DNA of 15,203 nucleotides, from positions 1 to 15,203 of the forward strand of contig JAVRLY010000030.1 of NCBI GenBank assembly GCA_031960885.1, written 5' to 3'. The translations under genes were made by a program, and so were the position numbers. Origin of the DNA: Desulfurella sp. GTDB lineage: Bacteria; Campylobacterota_A; Desulfurellia; Desulfurellales; Desulfurellaceae. The notes beneath the pieces are model-generated. The model saw only the letters and a program-made list of their open reading frames with translations. It ran no database searches and was not told the origin of the DNA. This document shows, piece by piece, positions 8,958 to 15,203 of the stretch. Position 1 is the first letter of the stretch, and every line of letters starts with the position of its first letter.

Positions 8958-9012
8958 AGTGCTTCTCGGCTAATACTTTAGCCTCAAACCCCCTTTCTAA
9001 AAATTTGTAACA

Positions 9013-9041
9013 ATATTAACTAAAATTTTATAAAATGTCAA
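9013..9041 (-). promoter_or_regulatory. Putative internal sigma70 promoter for sdhCDAB
   Basis: Minus strand TTGACA (9041-9036), 17-bp spacer, TAATAT (9018-9013), in the 89-bp gap after the fumarase beta gene. Confidence 0.6.
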
Positions 9042-9046
9042 ATATT

Positions 9047-9607
9047 TCATAATTTATTAGACCATTCTTTTTTTGCCATTTCATAAAGATCATTGCCATA
9101 GGCATCGTAGCATACAAAAACTGGCATATCTTCTACCTCGAGTTTTCTAACAGCCTCAGGACCCAAATCATCATAAGCTATGACTTCTGCTTTTTTTATA
9201 GCACTGCCAACAACAGCTGCTGCACCACCTATGCTTGCAAAATACACTGCTTTATATTTTACACAAGCATCTTTTACCTCTTGACTCATCTTACCTTTAC
9301 CAATCATGCCTTTTAAGCCTTTTTGAGCAATGAGTATTGGTGCAAACGGGTTCATACGATAACTTGTAGTAGGTCCTGCTGAGCCTATTGGATAGCCAGG
9401 TCTTGCTGGACTTGGTCCAACATAGTAAATAACTTGTCCTTTTGGGTCAAAAGGCAACTCTCCACCATTTTTTAGTGTTTCTATAATGCGCATGTGGGCA
9501 GCGTCTCTGCCAGTATACACTATGCCACTTAAATAAACTTTGTCACCCGCTTTAAGCTTCAATATTTCATCATCGCTTAAAGGTGTTTTTAATTTATATT
9601 CTGCCAT
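9047..9607 (-). CDS. Class I fumarate hydratase, beta (C-terminal) subunit; Fe-S hydro-lyase/TtdB-like
   Basis: LKAGDKVYLSGIVYTGRDAAH, IYYVGPSP, GPTTSYRM, GMIGKG and DLGPEAV. Context between mdh and sdh favours fumarase over tartrate dehydratase. Confidence 0.9.
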   Translation of the reverse strand: MAEYKLKTPLSDDEILKLKAGDKVYLSGIVYTGRDAAHMRIIETLKNGGELPFDPKGQVIYYVGPSPARPGYPIGSAGPTTSYRMNPFAPILIAQKGLKGMIGKGKMSQEVKDACVKYKAVYFASIGGAAAVVGSAIKKAEVIAYDDLGPEAVRKLEVEDMPVFVCYDAYGNDLYEMAKKEWSNKL

Positions 9608-9618
9608 AAATTAACTCC

Positions 9619-10467
9619 TCAAATTATTGTTTCTTTATGCCTATTGACATGGCACGCTGTATTTATAGCAAGTGGCAGCGTAGCTATATGGCATGGTTCC
9701 ATTTCGATATGCACTCCAAGCGATGTTGTAATGCCACCAAGGCCAGCTGGGCCAATACCAGAATTATTTAGCTTTGTAAGTATCTCATTTTCCATTTCTG
9801 CCAATCTAGGATCTGGGTTTTTATCGCCCAAATGTCTTAGCGTTGCTTTTTTTGCTAGTATTGCGCTACGCTCAAAATCACCGCCAATACCAACACCGAT
9901 GATAGTTGGAGGGCACGGGTTTGGACCAGCCTCAATTACCCAATCAACGACTGTCTTTATTATACCGTCTCTGCCATCTGCTGGCTTTAGCATCTGAACT
10001 TTACTCATGGATTCACTGCCACCACCTTTTGCATCAAAGAAAATCTTAACTTTGTCACCAGGCACTATAAATGTGTGAACTATCGCTGGCAAATTGTTAC
10101 CTAAATTTTTTCTTGTGAGCGGATCACAACTAGATTTTCTCAAATATGCATCTTTATAAGCTCTTTCTACACCTTTATTTACTGATTCTATTAAATTTCC
10201 ACCTATAAAATGCACATCTTGGCCTATTTCCATAAAAATCACAGCTAAACCTGTATCCTGGCACAAGGGGAAAACCCCTTGCGCTGATACTTCAACATTT
10301 TGCAAAATTGTCTCTAATACAGCTTTTCCTACAGGAGACTTCTCTTTTTCTAGAGATTCTTTTTCTTTTTGGTGTATATCTTGTGGTAATTTATAAGCAG
10401 CTTCAATTGCTAAATTATAAATGCTTTCTTCAATAGAAGATACATTTATTTCTCTAATATTAGACAT
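9619..10467 (-). CDS. Class I fumarate hydratase, alpha (N-terminal, Fe-S) subunit; TtdA-like
   Basis: PLCQDTG, KGGGSE, GPNPCPP, GIGPAGLGG, PCHIATLP and TACHVNRH, providing three Fe-S cysteines. Adjacent to the beta subunit. Confidence 0.9.
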   Translation of the reverse strand: MSNIREINVSSIEESIYNLAIEAAYKLPQDIHQKEKESLEKEKSPVGKAVLETILQNVEVSAQGVFPLCQDTGLAVIFMEIGQDVHFIGGNLIESVNKGVERAYKDAYLRKSSCDPLTRKNLGNNLPAIVHTFIVPGDKVKIFFDAKGGGSESMSKVQMLKPADGRDGIIKTVVDWVIEAGPNPCPPTIIGVGIGGDFERSAILAKKATLRHLGDKNPDPRLAEMENEILTKLNNSGIGPAGLGGITTSLGVHIEMEPCHIATLPLAINTACHVNRHKETII

Positions 10468-10481
10468 AAGATCACCTTCTA

Positions 10482-11432
10482 TTATAAAAGTTTTAATTCT
10501 TCCACTCTATTGCATAGCTCTTTTACGTGATCGGCAGAAACTTTTAATGCTTTTAATTCCTCGTCTGACAATTTTAATTCTATAATTTCTTCTATTCCAG
10601 TTGTCCCAAGCTTAACTGGCAAACCTACGAATAGGTCCTTTTCTAAGCCATATTTACCTTGTGTTTTGACTGCGCATGGTAAAACATCTTTTTTGTCTTT
10701 CACTATTGAGTCAATCATTTGAACTACAGCTGAGCTTGTAGCGTAAAATGCAGAGCCAGTCTTTAATAGTTTTACTATTTCACCACCTCCATTTCTTGTT
10801 CTGTCTACAAGTTTATCAATTTGCTCTTTTGTAAAAAACTGGCTAATAGGTACTCCTCTAATTGTAGAATAACTAACTAAAGGCACCATGTCATCGCCAT
10901 GACCGCCTAGTGTCATAGCTTCAACGGATTTTACACTAACACCCGCTTCCCATGCAATAAATCTCTTAAATCTTGTAGAGTCTAAACAACCAGCTTGACC
11001 CAATACTTTATTATCTGCAAAACCACTTACTTTGCTTGCAGTATATACCATAGCATCTAGTGGGTTTGTAACTACTATTATAATAGCTTTTGGTGAGTAT
11101 TTAGCTACTTGTTCTGTAACTTCCTTTACAATTTTAACATTAACACTCAGCAAGTCATCTCTTGACATACCAGGTTTTCTTGGCAGTCCAGATGTAATAA
11201 CTACAATATCAGAATTTTCTGTGTCTTTGTAATCATTAGTACCAACAATCTCAGTATCGAAGCCTTCAATGGGGGACGCTTCCATCTCATCCAAAGCCTT
11301 TCCTTGAGGTAACCCTTCTACGATGTCTACCAATACCACTTCTCTTGCAAGCTCTTTTTCTGCAATTCTAACCGCTGTAGTTGCACCAACTTGGCCTGCA
11401 CCAATAACACTAATTTTAGCATTTGCCAACAT
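10482..11432 (-). CDS. mdh: Malate dehydrogenase (LDH-like, NAD-dependent)
   Basis: GAGQVG, GLPRKPGMSRDDL (Arg specificity residue of MDH), VTNPLD, LDSTR and GGHGDDMVP. AGGAGG at 11444-11439. Confidence 0.96.
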   Translation of the reverse strand: MLANAKISVIGAGQVGATTAVRIAEKELAREVVLVDIVEGLPQGKALDEMEASPIEGFDTEIVGTNDYKDTENSDIVVITSGLPRKPGMSRDDLLSVNVKIVKEVTEQVAKYSPKAIIIVVTNPLDAMVYTASKVSGFADNKVLGQAGCLDSTRFKRFIAWEAGVSVKSVEAMTLGGHGDDMVPLVSYSTIRGVPISQFFTKEQIDKLVDRTRNGGGEIVKLLKTGSAFYATSSAVVQMIDSIVKDKKDVLPCAVKTQGKYGLEKDLFVGLPVKLGTTGIEEIIELKLSDEELKALKVSADHVKELCNRVEELKLL

Positions 11433-11467
11433 ATAAAACCTCCTAAAATAAAATTAAATCTGTCTAA

Positions 11468-11496
11468 ACTATATTCAATTTAATTTTTTTTGTCAA
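11468..11496 (-). promoter_or_regulatory. Putative sigma70 promoter for the mdh-fum-sdh block
   Basis: Minus strand TTGACA (11496-11491), 17-bp spacer, TATAGT (11473-11468). Confidence 0.7.
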
Positions 11497-11547
11497 TCAA
11501 TTTTTCATAAATGTCACCAATGTACTGCTTTAAAAAAAACATTAATT

Positions 11548-11889
11548 TTAAAATATTTGCTCCCCAATATCCACTTCTTTATCAAGACATAAAAGACAGA
11601 CATCACCTTCACTATCTCTGACACCAAGAATTAGCACTTCTGATAAAAAATCCGCAATTTGCTTTGGTGCAAAGTTTACAATGCCTATAACTAATTTACC
11701 CACCAAATCTTCTTTTGAGTATTTAGCAACTATTTGAGCACTTGAACGTTTTATGCCAATTTCACTACCAAAATCAATTAATAGTTTGTAAGCTTTTTTT
11801 CGTGCTTTTGGAAAGTCTTCAACGGATAAAATCTTACCCACTCTCATATCTACTTTTTCAAAATCATCATAGGATATTGTTTGTTTCAT
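11548..11889 (-). CDS. csaA: CsaA/Trbp111-like tRNA-binding OB-fold protein (export chaperone CsaA family)
   Basis: 113 aa with ISYDDFEKVDMRVGKI, FPKARKKAYKLLIDFG, SSAQI and VNFAPKQIADFLSEVLILG. AGGAG SD at 11899-11895. Confidence 0.85.
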   Translation of the reverse strand: MKQTISYDDFEKVDMRVGKILSVEDFPKARKKAYKLLIDFGSEIGIKRSSAQIVAKYSKEDLVGKLVIGIVNFAPKQIADFLSEVLILGVRDSEGDVCLLCLDKEVDIGEQIF

Positions 11890-11914
11890 TTGCTCTCCTT
11901 TCTATATATTGAAC

Positions 11915-11942
11915 ATTATATTGAATTGTTTAATAAATTCAA
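11915..11942 (-). promoter_or_regulatory. Putative sigma70 promoter for csaA
   Basis: Minus strand TTGAAT (11942-11937), 16-bp spacer, TATAAT (11920-11915). Confidence 0.55.
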
Positions 11943-11967
11943 GCTAAAAAAACTAACTAAAATTCCC

Positions 11968-11997
11968 TTGACATTAATCAATACTTTTTAATATAAT
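11968..11997 (+). promoter_or_regulatory. Consensus sigma70 promoter for the GDH gene
   Basis: TTGACA (11968-11973), 18-bp spacer, TATAAT (11992-11997). AAGGAGG SD at 12013-12019. Confidence 0.75.
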
Positions 11998-12024
11998 CAA
12001 AGTTAGTAACTTAAGGAGGCTATT

Positions 12025-15000
12025 ATGTCAGATGAATCATGGTCAAAAACCTATGAGCAACTATTATCACAAAACAACATTAAAGCATCCTATGCTTCTT
12101 ATTTCAATGACGATTACAAACTAAACATTGCGCCATCTGAAGCATTAATTGACACACAAGCGCTTTTAGATGTTATAAGCAAGCAAAAAAAACAGGCAAG
12201 GTTTTTTAAGCAAGGCGAAGAAGTGTACTTCAAGATTTATGCATTGTGCAAGATACCTTTATACGAAGTGCTGCCTATTTTAAAAAACTTAGGCCTAAAT
12301 GCCCTATATGAGGATTTCTTCGAAATTAACATAGAAGACAAAAAGATTTTTATACAACGCTACAGCATAGAAAACAACTTTGACTTTGACATTGAGAAAT
12401 ACGCGCATATTGTAGAGAAAAACTTTATCGAAATTATAGAAAAAACTGTAGAAAACGATGAACTAAATATACTTACAACCAAAGCGTTGCTTGAGTATAG
12501 GCAAATAGACTTGCTAAGAACATTGCTCAATTACCTTATGCAGGTAGACTTTAGCATAAAAAGGGCATCAATACTAAACTCACTAATAAGGTATTCTCAT
12601 ATCTCAAAACTCTTTATTGAAGCATTCGGCCAAAAGTTTAACCCAAGCCTAGAGACTAGAAACACAAAAGACGTTTTTGAGCAAATCTCAAAAGAGCTAG
12701 ACGCTATAGAAAACATACAGGACTACAAAATACTAAGCTCAATATTTAACATTATCGATTCAACAATCAGAACAAACTTTTACAAACAAAAACCATACCA
12801 TTATATTTCAATAAAAATAGACTCTTCTAAAATATCAAAGATGCCCCTTCCAAGACCAATGTATGAAATATACGTTCATTCTTATATCATGGAAGGCTGC
12901 CATTTAAGAGGGGGCAAGGTTGCGCGAGGCGGCATTAGATGGAGTGATAGAAAAGATGATTTTAGACTAGAAATCTTAGAGCTCATGAAAACCCAAATGG
13001 TAAAAAATGCCGTAATCGTACCTGTTGGCTCAAAAGGTGGCTTTATTGTAAAGCAACAAAATGGCAATCTTCAAGAAAAAGCCATTGAAGCTTACAAAAC
13101 ACTCATAAGAGGCATGCTAGACATAACAGATAATTACTCAAACGCAAAAGAGCTAAGGCCAACAGACACAGTGTGCTACGACGACTTCGACCCTTATTTA
13201 GTCGTAGCAGCAGATAAAGGCACGGCAAAATTTTCTGACATTGCAAACGACATAGCTCAAAATGAGTACAATTTCTGGCTAAAAGACGCTTTTGCGTCAG
13301 GCGGTAAGTTTGGCTATGACCACAAAGAGCTAGGCATAACATCCAAAGGCGCTTTGGTGTGTGCAAGAAGGCACTTTAGAGAGCTAGGTATAAAGCTTGA
13401 TGAAACACCAATTAGCGTAGCAGGCACTGGCGATATGAGCGGCGATGTATTTGGCAATGCCATGATTGAGCTAAAAAACATTCAGCTAAAGGCAGCTTTC
13501 AATGATAAAGAGATATTTGTTGACCCAAACCCAGATATCGAGGTTTCATATAAAGAAAGAAAAAGGTTGTTTGACAATGCACTAACGTGGAGCGCATACG
13601 ATAAAAGCAAAATATCAAAAGGCGGCTTTGTATGCAGAAGGGACGAAAGGTCCATACCTTTGTCACATGAAGCTAGAGAATTTTTAAAGACAGACTTAGA
13701 TAGGGTGTCTGCTGAAGAGCTTATAAAACTCATCTTAAAAGCAGACGTAGATTTGCTGTGGATGGGCGGTATAGGCACTTATGTAAAAGCAAGCGATGAA
13801 ACAAACGAAGATGCGCAAGACAAAACAAACGACAATGTAAGGATAGACGCCAACCAGATAAAGGCAAAAGTTGTAGGCGAGGGGGCAAATCTAGGCTTTA
13901 CGCAAAAAGCGCGCATTGAGTACGCCCTTTTGGGTGGCAAAATAAATACAGATTCGCTGGACAACTCAGCAGGCGTTGACCTATCAGACCAAGAGGTAAA
14001 CCTCAAGATACTCTTAAATGACTTAATGGACTCAAAAGTAATACAAAACTTAGATGAGAGAAATTCTATATTGAAAAAACTAACGCCAGAAGTAATACAG
14101 CGCGTATTAGATCACAACTACATGCAAAGCCTTGCTGTGTCGTTGGATGAGATGCGCTCTATTAACGAGCCAGAGGTATTTTACGAGCTTGTTGAGTTTT
14201 TCAAAGAAAAAGGCCTCTTTATCGAATCTGAGTACTATTTCCCAGACAAAAAGACGCTTGCAGCGCGAATTGATGCCGGCATTGGGTACACTAAACCAGA
14301 GCTTTCCATAATGCTATCGCTTTTAAAGATATACATCTATACAAATCTTTTAAAAGAAAAAAACTTTGACAAGCATTTAATAGACAAGTATGCGCTGCTT
14401 TATTTTCCGCCTTCTACAAGGCAAGAGTACAAACAGCATATAGAAAAACATTTGTTAAAAAAAGAGATTGGCTCAACCTACATTACAAACTTGATAGTAA
14501 ATAGCAATGGCGTAGGCTCTTTAATCAAGATAAACATGCTAACAGGCCAGCCCTTTACATCTATTGTAAAAACGCTGATTTTTATATACGACCTATTGGA
14601 TGTGCAAAACATCAGAAACGAAATTTTCTCCTATGAAGACAAAGTGAATCAATCCACTATTTACAAAACCATCATAGACATGTTTTATGCGGTGGAGCGT
14701 TTTGCCATTAACCAAATATACCTCTTTGGAGACTCTATTATTGAATATGTATACAAACAAGAAATGTTAAGCTACTTGGAGTATTACAAAGAAAATGCTG
14801 TAAAAGAAGGCATATTCAAAGAAAGGTTCCAGATAAAAACAAAAGAACTATCAAGCTTTTTTGATACCAAGCTATCACAACACATTGCGACACTGTACTT
14901 TATTGATGACTTTATACTAGCCTATTACGTTACAAGAAAAACGGATAAAAACTTCATTAAAGCTGCAGAAACAATGGAAAAGCTCAATGCAGCATTTGGC

Positions 15001-15203
15001 ATACAAAAGACAATAGACTACATAAACTCCATAAGAATAACAAATGAATGGGATAGGTTTGCTCAATTTTCAATGGTAAAAAAATACATACTATTTTTAG
15101 TAAAGCTTGCAATGAAAGTGCTTACTGATTTAGATGGCGATGTCGATGCGTTTATTGCTTCAAGAAAGAAAATGTATGATTCCTATATGCAAGAGCTAAA
15201 TAC
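12025..15203 (+). CDS. NAD-specific glutamate dehydrogenase, large bacterial (Bac_GDH) type; runs off the right edge
   Basis: Hand-read frame is open from ATG 12025 to the window end (1059 full codons). Motifs: RTNFY, HLRGGKVARGGIRWSDR, KTQMVKNAVIVPVGSKGGF, DPYLVVAADKGTA, DAFASGG..GYDHK, GDMSGDVFGN, GGIGTYVKA, VGEGANLG and NTDSLDNSAGVD. Missing from the ORF track, presumably because no stop codon lies in the window. Confidence 0.95.
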   Translation, partial: MSDESWSKTYEQLLSQNNIKASYASYFNDDYKLNIAPSEALIDTQALLDVISKQKKQARFFKQGEEVYFKIYALCKIPLYEVLPILKNLGLNALYEDFFEINIEDKKIFIQRYSIENNFDFDIEKYAHIVEKNFIEIIEKTVENDELNILTTKALLEYRQIDLLRTLLNYLMQVDFSIKRASILNSLIRYSHISKLFIEAFGQKFNPSLETRNTKDVFEQISKELDAIENIQDYKILSSIFNIIDSTIRTNFYKQKPYHYISIKIDSSKISKMPLPRPMYEIYVHSYIMEGCHLRGGKVARGGIRWSDRKDDFRLEILELMKTQMVKNAVIVPVGSKGGFIVKQQNGNLQEKAIEAYKTLIRGMLDITDNYSNAKELRPTDTVCYDDFDPYLVVAADKGTAKFSDIANDIAQNEYNFWLKDAFASGGKFGYDHKELGITSKGALVCARRHFRELGIKLDETPISVAGTGDMSGDVFGNAMIELKNIQLKAAFNDKEIFVDPNPDIEVSYKERKRLFDNALTWSAYDKSKISKGGFVCRRDERSIPLSHEAREFLKTDLDRVSAEELIKLILKADVDLLWMGGIGTYVKASDETNEDAQDKTNDNVRIDANQIKAKVVGEGANLGFTQKARIEYALLGGKINTDSLDNSAGVDLSDQEVNLKILLNDLMDSKVIQNLDERNSILKKLTPEVIQRVLDHNYMQSLAVSLDEMRSINEPEVFYELVEFFKEKGLFIESEYYFPDKKTLAARIDAGIGYTKPELSIMLSLLKIYIYTNLLKEKNFDKHLIDKYALLYFPPSTRQEYKQHIEKHLLKKEIGSTYITNLIVNSNGVGSLIKINMLTGQPFTSIVKTLIFIYDLLDVQNIRNEIFSYEDKVNQSTIYKTIIDMFYAVERFAINQIYLFGDSIIEYVYKQEMLSYLEYYKENAVKEGIFKERFQIKTKELSSFFDTKLSQHIATLYFIDDFILAYYVTRKTDKNFIKAAETMEKLNAAFGIQKTIDYINSIRITNEWDRFAQFSMVKKYILFLVKLAMKVLTDLDGDVDAFIASRKKMYDSYMQELN

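Noticed and set aside
8970..8972. In-frame TAG upstream of sdhC as a pyrrolysine or readthrough codon
   Set aside because: No pyl genes are in view, TAG serves as a normal stop for mlaE and sdhC, and SdhC is complete from the ATG at 8957.
9020..9040. Palindrome ATTTTATAAAAT in the sdhC promoter spacer, and Rex-like half sites near the mdh and sdhC promoters
   Set aside because: Pure A/T palindromes are expected by chance here, and no full TTGTGAA-N4-TTCACAA match was found.
9047..10467. Calling the hydro-lyase pair L-tartrate dehydratase (ttdAB)
   Set aside because: Same family, but the position between mdh and sdhCDAB and the lack of a tartrate transporter favour fumarate hydratase.
164..11232. 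Short plus-strand ORFs in the track (for example 164-382, 560-805, 2058-2504, 3018-3416, 8346-8540, 9644-9997, 11032-11232)
   Set aside because: All lie antisense to well-supported conserved genes and show no recognisable motifs. They are shadow ORFs.
12882..14006. Four minus-strand ORFs (61-98 aa) in the track
   Set aside because: They are antisense shadows of the GDH catalytic core on the plus strand.
12025..15203. More C-ending codons (AAC, GAC, GGC, TAC) and CTA in the GDH gene, suggesting horizontal acquisition
   Set aside because: It is the only plus-strand gene, so replication strand bias could explain the difference. No mobility genes or flanking repeats are visible, and I did not quantify the effect.
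1..15203. CRISPR arrays, tRNA/rRNA genes, IS elements, prophage or defence genes
   Set aside because: The window is almost fully coding, all intergenic gaps are under 140 bp, and no such signatures were seen.

Overview
AT-rich bacterial chromosomal window of mostly housekeeping genes. On the minus strand, in order of transcription: csaA-like OB-fold protein; a TCA block mdh - two-subunit class I fumarate hydratase (alpha, beta) - sdhCDAB, closed by an intrinsic terminator; then a tightly coupled alr - mlaE - mlaF - long mlaD - thrC unit; and the 5' end of a GlcD-like FAD-linked oxidase at the left edge. On the plus strand, divergent from csaA, a large NAD-specific glutamate dehydrogenase starts at 12025 and runs off the right edge. 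It is absent from the supplied ORF track. No mobile elements, CRISPR arrays or RNA genes were seen. Most notable points: (1) the 475-aa MlaD has a TM anchor, MCE domain, repetitive helical stalk and a roughly 10-stranded C-terminal beta-barrel-like domain, suggesting a minimal MlaEFD trans-envelope lipid bridge; (2) the GDH appears to be a large (about 180 kDa class) enzyme lacking its first ~500 residues; (3) the sdhC leader has a displaced Shine-Dalgarno, a hairpin and an in-frame 5-codon uORF; (4) the SDH anchor has a di-heme His pattern. Gene content and composition resemble a Desulfurella/Hippea-like anaerobe, which is an unverified inference.
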